A DNA stretch of 64,000 bases, from positions 1,695,366 through 1,759,365 of the forward strand of contig OZ253501.1 of assembly GCA_965262145.1 (NCBI GenBank), read 5' to 3'. Under the pieces are notes generated by a model. That model saw only the letters and a list, made by a program, of their open reading frames with translations, did not search any database and had not been told where the DNA came from. The translations under genes and the position numbers were made by a program. How positions within the stretch are numbered: the first letter of the stretch is position 1; every line of letters starts with the position of its first letter. Below, in pieces: positions 1 through 8,580 of the stretch. The stretch comes from Candidatus Latescibacterota bacterium. Its GTDB lineage: Bacteria > Latescibacterota > UBA2968.

Positions 1-168
1 GAAGAAGGTTTTTTCGACTTCGGGACGGTACACGGCAAAGGGGCGATGTTTTGCACAGTACGTGCCCAATCCGCCGCTGTATTTGTACACGTATTCATCG
101 CCCGATGGCTGATTGTAATACCATATCCCGCGATAGCCCGTGTCTTTTTGGTTTATGGTGAGGGTCAT
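1..168 (-). CDS. Hypothetical protein, N-terminal 56 codons only (gene continues beyond window start)
   Basis: Minus-strand ATG at 168 is preceded by AAAGGAGAAAAC (RBS). The frame stays open to position 1 (MTLTINQKDTGYRGIWYYNQPSGDEYVYKYSGGLGTYCAKHRPFAVYRPEVEKTFF...). I recognise no family. The listed + ORF 46..276 is its shadow. Confidence 0.45.
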   Translation of the reverse strand, partial: MTLTINQKDTGYRGIWYYNQPSGDEYVYKYSGGLGTYCAKHRPFAVYRPEVEKTFF

Positions 169-282
169 GTTTTCTCCTTTAAAAAAATATTTGTGGATGG
201 TAAAAGAAAGGGGAAAAAGAAATTCGCGTCAAGTTTCTTGACAAAGTTTCGTTTCATGACTTCATTGAAAAAATAATGTGCC

Positions 283-333
283 ATGTAGGGGCGGTGCCCC
301 TGTGTCCGCTCATTGTAGGGGCGGTGCCCCTGT
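283..333. repeat. Two tandem copies of a 21-bp element TGTAGGGGCGGTGCCCCTGTG (period 30 bp), each containing the perfect palindrome AGGGGC-GGT-GCCCCT. Candidate operator/REP-like element upstream of the nitroreductase gene.
   Basis: Read directly: copy 1 at 283-303 and copy 2 at 313-333. They lie between the divergent start at 168 (-) and the start at 361 (+). Confidence 0.55.
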
Positions 334-360
334 GCCCGCCCTCTCTTAGAAAGGATTATT

Positions 361-1113
361 ATGTCGAATCCCACGATTGATTTTTTGATGTCGCACAGGA
401 GTATTCGGAGGTTTGAAGACCGGCCGTTGCCAGATGGCGTGTTGGAGACGCTGATTCGGTGCGGGCAGCAGGCGAGTACGTCGAGCAATTTGCAGGCTTA
501 TACGGTGATTCATGTGGCTGATCCCGAGCGCAAAAAGAAGCTGGCTGAGTTGTGTGCCGATCAGGTGCAGATTCATCAGAGTGCGGCATTTTTGGCTTTT
601 TGTGCGGATTTGCATCGGGATTGGATGGCGAATCAGATGCACGGGGTTGAGCGGTTTGATGGGGATTATGTCGAGGCGTTGATGATTGCGACGGTGGATG
701 TCGCGCTGATGATGCAAAATGTGGCTATTGCGGCGGAATCTATGGGGTTGGGTATTTGCATGATCGGGGCGATGCGAAATAATCCCAAGGCTGTGGGTGA
801 ATTGCTTGGCTTGCCTCCTTATGTTGTGGCTGTGTCTGGTTTTTGTATTGGGTATCCCGCGCAGGGTCCAGAGGTGAAACCGCGTTTGCCCCTCGATGCG
901 GTGTTGCACCGCGAGCGTTATCTGGACGATGAGGCGCATCGTGCGATTATGAATGCTTACGATCAGAAGATGGTGGAGTTTTATGCGTCACAGGGGATGC
1001 ACGAAGGAGATCAGCGATGGACAACGGTGGTGGGGGGACGCACCGGGCAATTTCATGTGAGAGAGGAACTGGACGAGTTTCTGACGGCGCAGGGGTTTAA
1101 GTTGCGGAGGTAG
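361..1113 (+). CDS. NAD(P)H nitroreductase, NfsA-like family
   Basis: 250 aa. Has the N-terminal 'SHRSIRRFEDRPLP' motif typical of NfsA/Frp oxygen-insensitive nitroreductases. RBS AAAGGA lies 7 nt upstream. Confidence 0.85.
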   Translation: MSNPTIDFLMSHRSIRRFEDRPLPDGVLETLIRCGQQASTSSNLQAYTVIHVADPERKKKLAELCADQVQIHQSAAFLAFCADLHRDWMANQMHGVERFDGDYVEALMIATVDVALMMQNVAIAAESMGLGICMIGAMRNNPKAVGELLGLPPYVVAVSGFCIGYPAQGPEVKPRLPLDAVLHRERYLDDEAHRAIMNAYDQKMVEFYASQGMHEGDQRWTTVVGGRTGQFHVREELDEFLTAQGFKLRR

Positions 1114-1227
1114 AGATATGGGCCTGTTTGTATTCTCTTTGACGATTTCCCTATCTTCGCGTATAAGTTTAAGAGACGGGAGAATATTCTTTGAGACTTC
1201 GCATGAGAATTATTGCGGGAATATACC

Positions 1228-2541
1228 ATGAGCAATGTCATTGAAGAAATTGATCGGCTGAAAGAGGAGTTAGACGCATTTCGACCATTGCCTTCTGATG
1301 TTCTCGACCGGATAGGGCAAAAGCTCCGAATTGAGTCGAATTATCACTCCAATGCCGTAGAAGGCAATAGTCTGACCCTTGGAGAAACGAGAAGTCTGAT
1401 CCTACATGGGCTGACTGCCCGCGGGAAACCGATGCGCGATCATCTGGACATTAAGGGGCATGATGAGGCAGTAAAGGCGATGGAGGATGCGGTAAGAAGA
1501 GACGAAGCATTCAACGAGGTCTTTATTCGCAATCTCCATGAAGTGTTGTTGAAAGAGCCTTATGAAAACGACGCGATAACGCCAGATGGACAGCGCGTGA
1601 AACGACGCATTGCCATTGGAGAATATAAGACACAGCCAAATAATGTGCGGACTTCTACAGGAGAGATTTATTATTTTACGCCGCCGGATCAGGTGAAACC
1701 GGCGATGGGAGATCTCATAGATTGGTACAGAAGACAAGAGGACGAGGGCGAGCATCCGATTGTTATAGCCGCTACGTTTCACTACCGATTCATCCGCATT
1801 CATCCGTTTGATGATGGTAATGGTCGCCTGGCGCGGCTTTTGATGAATATGATTTTGATCAAACACGGGTACACGGTGGCCGTAGTCCTCGTTGAGGAGA
1901 GAGGTCAATACATCGGGATGCTGGAGCAAGCCGATAAGACCGAAGATTTGGCCGAGTTTATCACCTATATTGCACATTGTTGCGAACATACCCTGAATCT
2001 CCATCTAAAAGCCGCTCGAGGAGAGGATATTGAAGATGTGGGGGATATAAATAAAGAGATCGCGATCTTCAAATGTTCTTTGCAAAAGGGCAGAGGCGAG
2101 ACAATTAATGCGAGAGAGTATGCGGAGAAGGTGCTGTATCCATTATTGTTTTATTGCAAGGAGACAGTTGAGGAGTTTTCCGATCTGTTTGAGAGTATTC
2201 ATACATCTGGCGATTCTACTGTGAGAGAGGCTGACAATCAAATCTCTTCTTTTTCCATACTAGAGGAGATGAGTGACGCTTGGCCTGAAAACGCACTTTC
2301 TATTTTTACTTCCATCGAATTTGATTTATGGGCTTTTCAGGGAAAGCAGAATGACGATTTTGAATTGGAAATTGAAAATGAAGCAGACGCGGATGAATGC
2401 TACTGGAAATTTGATGGTGATTTTACAGGCGAAAGAGTTGGAGGCACATATAAAGGGCAAGATTTAGAGGTCCTCAAAAAGACGTTTAACGAAATGATAC
2501 GGTTCATGATGAACAAGCTATCGGAGCAATCTAATGACTGA
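1228..2541 (+). CDS. Fic family protein (AMPylation/adenylyltransferase fold) with long C-terminal extension
   Basis: Canonical Fic motif HPFDDGNGRLARLLMNMIL (HPFx[DE]GNGRxxR). The frame opens at TTG 1213. ATG 1228 (MSNVIEEIDRL) is the more likely start. Confidence 0.85.
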   Translation: MSNVIEEIDRLKEELDAFRPLPSDVLDRIGQKLRIESNYHSNAVEGNSLTLGETRSLILHGLTARGKPMRDHLDIKGHDEAVKAMEDAVRRDEAFNEVFIRNLHEVLLKEPYENDAITPDGQRVKRRIAIGEYKTQPNNVRTSTGEIYYFTPPDQVKPAMGDLIDWYRRQEDEGEHPIVIAATFHYRFIRIHPFDDGNGRLARLLMNMILIKHGYTVAVVLVEERGQYIGMLEQADKTEDLAEFITYIAHCCEHTLNLHLKAARGEDIEDVGDINKEIAIFKCSLQKGRGETINAREYAEKVLYPLLFYCKETVEEFSDLFESIHTSGDSTVREADNQISSFSILEEMSDAWPENALSIFTSIEFDLWAFQGKQNDDFELEIENEADADECYWKFDGDFTGERVGGTYKGQDLEVLKKTFNEMIRFMMNKLSEQSND

Positions 2542-2616
2542 AAAGCCGAGCAAGAGAGAACCTAAAAGAGAGCAAGAGACAAGGGAATCATAAGAAAACG
2601 CACGGAAAGGGAAGCT

Positions 2617-2928
2617 GTGAACGCTAGAATTGAGATACCAGGAGACGAGATTGCTGAGTTCTGTCGGCGCAATCATATTCAGCGCCTGGCACTATTTGGA
2701 TCGGTGCTGAGGGACGATTTCACGCCTGAGAGCGACGTGGATGTTCTGGTGGCGTTTGAGCCGCATGTACGTATCGGGTTTGCGTTTATCACTATACAGG
2801 ACGAGTTGTCAGAGATACTTGGTCAGAGAGTGGATATGCATACCTTCAGAGGAGTTGAAAATAGCCGCAATTGGTTGCTTCGGGAAGAGATACTCAATTC
2901 AGCAGAGGCTGTGTATGAGCAAGCGTGA
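2617..2928 (+). CDS. mntA: MNT-type nucleotidyltransferase antitoxin (HepT/MNT TA system)
   Basis: 103 aa. Minimal nucleotidyltransferase motif 'LFGSVLRDDFTPESDVDVLV' (GSx...DxD). GTG start is preceded by AAAGGGAAG. Confidence 0.8.
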   Translation: MNARIEIPGDEIAEFCRRNHIQRLALFGSVLRDDFTPESDVDVLVAFEPHVRIGFAFITIQDELSEILGQRVDMHTFRGVENSRNWLLREEILNSAEAVYEQA

Positions 2929-3259
2929 TGACCAAATAAGCCTCGTAGATATGCTAAACCACGCTAAAGAAGCCGTAGATTTGTTGGGCGGAGCAAGCTT
3001 AGAAGACTTGATAGGCGACCGGGTAATGCAACTCGCCCTGCAAAAGTTGGTGGAGGTTGTGGGTGAAGCGGCTAACCGCGTTTCTGAGGGGACGCAACAG
3101 CAACATACATCGATAGCTTGGGGGGAGATTATCGGAACGCGCAACCGGATGGTTCACGGTTATGATGATGTTGACTTGAGTATTCTTTGGGATATTATCA
3201 AGAACGATTTGCCGCAGCTCATTGGGCAACTTGAAGCACTCGTTTTGAAAAGCACTTGA
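2915..3259 (+). CDS. hepT: HepT (DUF86) HEPN RNase toxin
   Basis: Carries the Rx4HxY HEPN motif 'RNRMVHGY'. ATG 2915 overlaps the mntA stop (2928) by 14 nt, a typical TA operon arrangement. The listed ORF 2741..3259 over-extends 5' into mntA in another frame. Confidence 0.8.
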   Translation: MSKRDDQISLVDMLNHAKEAVDLLGGASLEDLIGDRVMQLALQKLVEVVGEAANRVSEGTQQQHTSIAWGEIIGTRNRMVHGYDDVDLSILWDIIKNDLPQLIGQLEALVLKST

Positions 3260-3327
3260 CCAGGTTACAGGTGTGTATTATATACGCCGATGCGATTTGA
3301 AGACGAATAATCACAAAGGAGGAAAAA

Positions 3328-3975
3328 ATGAAAGTGCTGGTTTTGTCGGGGCCGAACCATCGGTTTGATGCAAGTGCCGAGGTTATTAATGGGTTTTTGG
3401 GTGCTCAAGACGATTTGTCTGTGGCGCTTGAAGACAATAAGGATGTGTTGACTTCAGATGCTTTGAACGATTTTGATGTGCTGGTACACGGTACGGGATT
3501 CACGCGCACAGAGCGGGAGGCAGATGGGACGGTGAATCGTCTGCGGGATTTGACGCCCGAGCAAGAAGAGGGGCTATTCGATTTTGTGGCAGGTGGCAAA
3601 GGTCTGGTGGGCATTCACGGTACGGCCTGGTGGATTGGCGGGAAAGCCGTGGATTTGATTGGCGGGCACGCAAACTGGCATCCGCCGGGATTGACGTTCA
3701 CCGTGAATATTGCAGATGACGCACACCCCATTACACAGGGGGTGGATGATTTTGAAGTGGAAGACGAGATTTATATGTCGGCCTGGGATCCCACCGTTCA
3801 CATTTTGGCAACTGCGGATTGGAGCGATAAGCAGCATCCCATGGCCTGGGTGAAGGGTTATGGCGAAGGACGGGTATTTTATACGACTCTGGGACACGGG
3901 CCAGGTACATTTGAGCGAGCGGCGATGCAGCAATTAGTGACGCAGGGCGTGAGGTGGGCTGGAGGGAACTCGTAA
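3328..3975 (+). CDS. ThuA-like (trehalose-utilisation) class-I glutamine amidotransferase-like domain protein
   Basis: 215 aa with ThuA-family features (…WHPPG…, GYGEGRVFYTTLGHGPGTFE). RBS AAAGGAGGAAAAA. Confidence 0.7.
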   Translation: MKVLVLSGPNHRFDASAEVINGFLGAQDDLSVALEDNKDVLTSDALNDFDVLVHGTGFTRTEREADGTVNRLRDLTPEQEEGLFDFVAGGKGLVGIHGTAWWIGGKAVDLIGGHANWHPPGLTFTVNIADDAHPITQGVDDFEVEDEIYMSAWDPTVHILATADWSDKQHPMAWVKGYGEGRVFYTTLGHGPGTFERAAMQQLVTQGVRWAGGNS

Positions 3976-4624
3976 TGCTTAGATTTGCCGAAGAACTCAT
4001 GCTTTTGATACTCGACGACGAGAATGGGAGGTTTGCTCGCGTGCCAGACCGGCTGATGCGGTACGCGCTGGCCGGTGGTGTGTTGATGGATTTGGCACTG
4101 GAAAATCGGATTGATACGGACTCAAAAATTTGATCCTCGTCGATTCGACCCCGGTTCAGGATAGCTTGCTCGATCCGACGCTCGCGGATATTGCCCAGGC
4201 GACCGATACTAAGGATGCGCGTTTTTGGGTGGAACGCACCGCGCTTCGCGCCGATGAGATTCGAGAAGTGGCACTCAACCGGCTCGTAGAACAGGGTATT
4301 CTACAGCGCGAGGAGGACCGGTTTTTGTGGGTATTCCAGTCGCGGCGCTATCCCATTGTTGACAACACGGCTGAGCGCGAGGTCAAGCTGAGGATTATGG
4401 AGGTGCTGTTTAGCGACCAGATACCCGATCCGCGCGATGTGGTGATTATCGGATTGGCGCATGCATGCGATATATTCAAGGAAATCCTGTCCGCACGCGA
4501 ACTGGCGCGTGTTGCCGATCGCATCGATCAGGTGCGAAAGCTGGATTTGATCGGCCAGGCCATGTCGCAGGCGATCACAGATATCGAGCTATCACTCGCC
4601 CTCGCCGTGCAGATGATGCCGTGA
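3975..4624 (+). pseudogene. GPP34/GOLPH3-family protein gene interrupted by a -1 frameshift in an A5 homopolymer (4124-4128)
   Basis: Frame A (3975-4133) encodes MLRFAEELMLLILDDENGRFARVPDRLMRYALAGGVLMDLALENRIDTDSKI*, a GPP34 N-terminus. Frame B (4115-4624) continues with the GPP34 C-terminal region. Inserting one A in the aaaaa run restores a single ~216-aa ORF. Confidence 0.6.
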
Positions 4625-4644
4625 GATGAGAGAAATATGTACAT

Positions 4645-4686
4645 AAAAAAGCCGCCCTGCAGAAGTTTTGCAGGGCGGCTTTTTTA
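4645..4686. terminator. Bidirectional rho-independent terminator between the convergent GPP34 and sulfatase genes
   Basis: Layout is AAAAAA-GCCGCCCTGC-agaagtttt-GCAGGGCGGC-TTTTTT. A perfect 10-bp stem is flanked by an A-run and a T-run. Confidence 0.7.
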
Positions 4687-4693
4687 TGTTTTT

Positions 4694-5977
4694 TTAAACC
4701 TGAAGCTCTGCGGGGTCATTGATGCGCGCGCCTTCGGGGGCAGGGACTGAGCCTGCGAGCAATGGGTCGCGAGTTGTTTCCATCCAGGTTTGGAGGCGAT
4801 GGCGCAGGTCGTCTATCGCGTCCTGATGGTTGGAGTCAGAGGCGAGATTGTTGGTCTCATATGGGTCAAAAATGAGGTCGTAGAGTTGTTCGTGGGGCTG
4901 ATTTTGCCGTCGCCAGCCCTGGGTGAGAAAGTAGGACTTGCTCGGGCTGCCGTCGCAGTTGATGTCGCCGGGGCGCAGTGTGGGATACCAGTGGCGGATG
5001 TATTTCCATTTTTTTGTGCGAATGGCGCGTTGTGGGTCGTAATAGCTGTGGTAGTTGACTTCTGCGAAAATTTCATCGTGGATTTCATCTGTTTCTTCGC
5101 GGACAAGTGGCAGCACGGATTTGCCTTGCAGCCAGTGGGGATGGTCTATGCCGATCACGTCGCACAAGGTGGGGAAGAGGTCAATTTGAGAGACCATGCC
5201 ATCGATGACTTTGCCGCCTGAGAAACCCGGTCCGCGCATGATAAGCAAGACGCCGATGCCGTGATCGGTGAGGTTGCATTTCATCATGGGGAATGCAATG
5301 CCGTGGTCTGTGGTGCTGATGACAAGAGTGTTGTCGGAAAGTCCGGCACGATCTATGGCGTTGAGGATGCGCCCGACTTCTGTATCGAGGATGCGAACGC
5401 AGGTTTTGTAAGCGGCGGTATCGTATCGGGTTTCAGGGGTGTCGGGCAAAGGTGCGGGGGGGATGCAATAGCGCGGGTCGTCTCCAGGCCCTGGTTCGGG
5501 AAAGCTGCGATGGGTGACGGTATATCCGACGTCGAGAAAGAAGGGCTTGTCGTGAGATCTGTTGAGAAATTCAATGGCCGCATCTGTGGTCGTCTGTTGA
5601 TTTTTCTCTGTGTCGAATATTTCGTCATAACCGATTTCCGAGGGATCGGCTGCGGGGGGGCGACCGACGTGCTGAAAACCTGAGAGGGCGGTTGTGTAAC
5701 CCGCTTTTTTGAGCGTATGAACGAGGTGATGGCTGTAATCCTTGAGGCGAAAACCGCGGTGTGCCAACCCCAGCATGCCGCAACTATGGGGCCATTGTCC
5801 GGTCAGGAGTGCGGCTCGGCTCGGCGAACAGGTCGGGTTGGCGCAAAATGCCTGGCGAAAGAGAACGCCCTGCTCGGCAAGGCGCTGAAAATTCGGGGTT
5901 GGCATGGCATGCCCAAAGGGCTGAATGTAGCGACCCGTGTCGTGAGAGTGGATGTAGAGGATGTTTGGATGGGCCAT
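4694..5977 (-). CDS. Formylglycine-dependent sulfatase (arylsulfatase family)
   Basis: 427 aa. Sulfatase signature 'CSPSRAALLTGQWPHSCGM' (C-x-P-x-R). RBS AGGAGAA. Confidence 0.85.
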   Translation of the reverse strand: MAHPNILYIHSHDTGRYIQPFGHAMPTPNFQRLAEQGVLFRQAFCANPTCSPSRAALLTGQWPHSCGMLGLAHRGFRLKDYSHHLVHTLKKAGYTTALSGFQHVGRPPAADPSEIGYDEIFDTEKNQQTTTDAAIEFLNRSHDKPFFLDVGYTVTHRSFPEPGPGDDPRYCIPPAPLPDTPETRYDTAAYKTCVRILDTEVGRILNAIDRAGLSDNTLVISTTDHGIAFPMMKCNLTDHGIGVLLIMRGPGFSGGKVIDGMVSQIDLFPTLCDVIGIDHPHWLQGKSVLPLVREETDEIHDEIFAEVNYHSYYDPQRAIRTKKWKYIRHWYPTLRPGDINCDGSPSKSYFLTQGWRRQNQPHEQLYDLIFDPYETNNLASDSNHQDAIDDLRHRLQTWMETTRDPLLAGSVPAPEGARINDPAELQV

Positions 5978-5996
5978 TGAATTCTCCTGTGATTAT

Positions 5997-7403
5997 TTAT
6001 AGATACGCTCGAAGGTGTTTGAGGGCGCGGCCATTGTCTATTGCTTCTCGTGTCTGTTGAATTGAATCGTGGGGATCGGCGGTGAAACCGAGCAGATAAT
6101 CTGTGAGGGCGGCATTGAGTACGATGCGGTCGTAAACAGGACCTTTTTCCCCAGAGAGGGCTGCAAGACCGAGTTTGGCAAAGGTCCGCGCATTGACGGC
6201 TTTGGGGCGTGGATTTTGTGCGTAGTGAAAGCCGTAAGTGGCGGGATTGATGTCGCAAGCATAAGTTTGACCGGCGCGAAAGCCCTGTGAAAAATTGATG
6301 GCGTTGCGCGTTTTATCGGTGGGTTTTCCCAGGCGAAGGGAAAAGTGGCTGCTGCCTTCTTCGCCCTTGATTGCGACGGCAGATGTAAATCCGGTCTCGC
6401 GTGCGATTTTCAGGAGGGGGATTTCGTATCCCGAATGGTAATAACCGATGACAATGTGATTGCTGCCAGCGCAGGAGAAGAGTTGCTGCGCTTTTTCTGT
6501 GGCAGACCACGGGGGGCGTTTGCCAATGTGGGCGCGAAGGTCGCGGGATGCGTAGGCCGCCGGGGCATATTCGCGCTGGCTGATGTAGGCAAAGCCAATC
6601 TCGGGATTTTCGAGTCGTTCTGCTGCTTCTGAAAGCGACAAATTGGTGCGGGCATTGAGGGCGTTGAGGATCTGTTCGTCAGTCACACCCCATTTGGGCG
6701 GCATGGCATCTACACCGTGAAGCACGGTGGAGCGGCCGAGGGCCGCGCGCAGTGCCGCGACAAAAAGGGTGGGTTTGAAGTAGCGGGTTGAGCCATTGTA
6801 GGGTTGGCCAAAGTGGGTGAGGTTATTCACCTGTACTGCGTGTGCGCGTTCGGGTGCAAAGGTCGAGTGGAGGTATCCGCGCACCTCGTCGTAGGATTCG
6901 AGATTCATGCGCTGGCCGATCAGCGCAGCACCTTTGAGGCTGCCGCGAACGCTGTCGGTGAGAATGGCTTCGCACATAAGGCGCGTTTGGTCGTAGGTGA
7001 GATGCCCGCCGTTGAGAATGGTTTTTAGCGCGGAAATGACGGTTTGCTCATTGGGTGATTTTGTGGGACAGTGATCTTTAAGGCCGAATATATATTGCAG
7101 GTCGGGTGGCAAGTGGGTGTGTAGAGGAGGGGTATATTGTTCAAAGGCATTGATTTCCGCCTGGCTCCAGGCTGTTTTGGGCGGGTAATTGCGCCGCAGA
7201 TGCATTGCTGCAAAAAAGGCTCCCATCTGGACATCGGAGACCGGATGACGCGCTTTGTTTTGCAGCGTATTGAGGATGGCATCCAGGACGGGTTGTGGCT
7301 GTGGATCGCTGGATTTTTTGCCCAGAGGACGAGATTGCGTGGGGCCTGTACACACACGCGCCTGGGCTTCGAGGACGAGGGGGTTGGGGTCGGATAGTGG
7401 CAT
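5997..7403 (-). CDS. Divergent TrpD-like (glycosyl transferase family 3 / anthranilate phosphoribosyltransferase fold) protein
   Basis: 468 aa. The N-terminal helical region (…PVLDAILNTLQNKARHPVSDVQMGAFFAAMHLR…) and 'GSTRYFKPTLFVAALRAALG' parallel the TrpD 'GTGGDGANTFNISTAAAFVAAAAG' region. The GTGGD loop is not conserved. Family placement is tentative. Confidence 0.4.
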   Translation of the reverse strand: MPLSDPNPLVLEAQARVCTGPTQSRPLGKKSSDPQPQPVLDAILNTLQNKARHPVSDVQMGAFFAAMHLRRNYPPKTAWSQAEINAFEQYTPPLHTHLPPDLQYIFGLKDHCPTKSPNEQTVISALKTILNGGHLTYDQTRLMCEAILTDSVRGSLKGAALIGQRMNLESYDEVRGYLHSTFAPERAHAVQVNNLTHFGQPYNGSTRYFKPTLFVAALRAALGRSTVLHGVDAMPPKWGVTDEQILNALNARTNLSLSEAAERLENPEIGFAYISQREYAPAAYASRDLRAHIGKRPPWSATEKAQQLFSCAGSNHIVIGYYHSGYEIPLLKIARETGFTSAVAIKGEEGSSHFSLRLGKPTDKTRNAINFSQGFRAGQTYACDINPATYGFHYAQNPRPKAVNARTFAKLGLAALSGEKGPVYDRIVLNAALTDYLLGFTADPHDSIQQTREAIDNGRALKHLRAYL

Positions 7404-7519
7404 AAGGTGAAATTATCGCGGAGATGCGGTGTTGTCAAGCGATTGAAATGAGGGAACCACAGTTGAGAGATGAAGTATTAGTAAATATTGACCTCTACAC
7501 GCAAATTACAACTTTTAGT

Positions 7520-7555
7520 AAAGTCAAGTTTTGTTCCAAAAAAAGATTTGACTTT
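7520..7555. promoter_or_regulatory. Perfect 8-bp inverted repeat AAAGTCAA-N20-TTGACTTT in the divergent promoter region between the TrpD-like gene (-) and the STAS gene (+)
   Basis: Read directly. The right arm contains a TTGACT -35-like hexamer. Confidence 0.3.
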
Positions 7556-7752
7556 CGCACAGACAAGTAATATTTTAGCTGAGTTTCTCAATTCCCTGCA
7601 AGAATATATTCTCGCTACAGGACGCAATAGCCCTTGACCGAATTGAGCGAATGGCTTGATCGGGTTTCGATTGATGCAAAAGTCGAATTTCATGCACGCG
7701 ATGTGCGGCAAGAGTTTTCGTAGATCATTTTCACACATCAGGATACAGGTCA

Positions 7753-8091
7753 ATGGAGATTAAAACGCAACGAGAAAATGGAATTTTAATCGCGAACGTG
7801 AATGGCCGGGTTGATAGTGCCAATGCCCGCGAGTTCGAAAATGTATTAAGCTCCGCAATCAGTGACGACGATACCTGTGTGATTGTAGATTTTGGAGGGC
7901 TTTCTTACATTAGCAGCTCGGGTCTGCGGGTCATTTTGCTGGTTGCCAAGTCACTCCGGAATCGCAACGCGGAATTCGCGCTTTGCTCGCTTTCTGGCCC
8001 CATCGGAGAGGTCTTTAAAATCAGCGGATTTGACAAGATCATTTCGATCTATGATTCACAGGCAGAGGCCTGCGCCGCACTGGGCGGATAA
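7753..8091 (+). CDS. STAS-domain anti-sigma-factor antagonist (SpoIIAA/RsbV-like)
   Basis: 112 aa with the conserved phospho-serine region 'LSYISSSGLRVILLV'. Confidence 0.8.
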   Translation: MEIKTQRENGILIANVNGRVDSANAREFENVLSSAISDDDTCVIVDFGGLSYISSSGLRVILLVAKSLRNRNAEFALCSLSGPIGEVFKISGFDKIISIYDSQAEACAALGG

Positions 8092-8580
8092 CCTGCCTTT
8101 CGCTTTGTCGCGTGTGCTCTCAAGCCATAGATGGAGGACTTGGCGTGTTTTAACCTATTTCATAGACCAAGACTCGCCCTGTTTTAATCTGTGTGCTTTC
8201 CACAATCGGGTTGCAGGCGAAGCCATATTATCGAACTCACACGCCGATCCGATTTTCCTGTGTATCTGTTCCATAGATCACTATTTCAGGGTATCTCTCA
8301 TGCCCTGTATATCCGCTTTCAAACCTCCCGAATAACAGCCACCCCTCTATAATTCAGTAACTGGTGTCGTGCAGTTTGTCATTACACAATGACCGATTTA
8401 GCAATCGTTCATATTCTTTAATACCTCTCCTCGGATTCTTCTCTCTTACAACGCAGCGAGTAATGGGGATAAGTCCATAAAGCGAGGACGTTTGCTATCG
8501 CAATGATTGTACACCGATCAAAGAATGCTTAACGTCGGTATAAGTAAGACACCATTAATATATCAATATAAGAGGCGTAT

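Noticed and set aside
46-276. 76-aa + strand ORF at the window start
   Set aside because: It overlaps the RBS and start of the better-supported minus-strand gene (1..168) and the intergenic repeat. It has no RBS and a low-complexity basic tail.
283-333. Possible CRISPR array
   Set aside because: There are only two repeat copies with a 9-bp spacer and no cas genes. It is better explained as an operator or REP-like element.
2741-3259. 172-aa ORF as a single gene
   Set aside because: The first 58 codons overlap mntA in another frame. The HepT homology begins at the internal ATG 2915, so the upstream extension is rejected.
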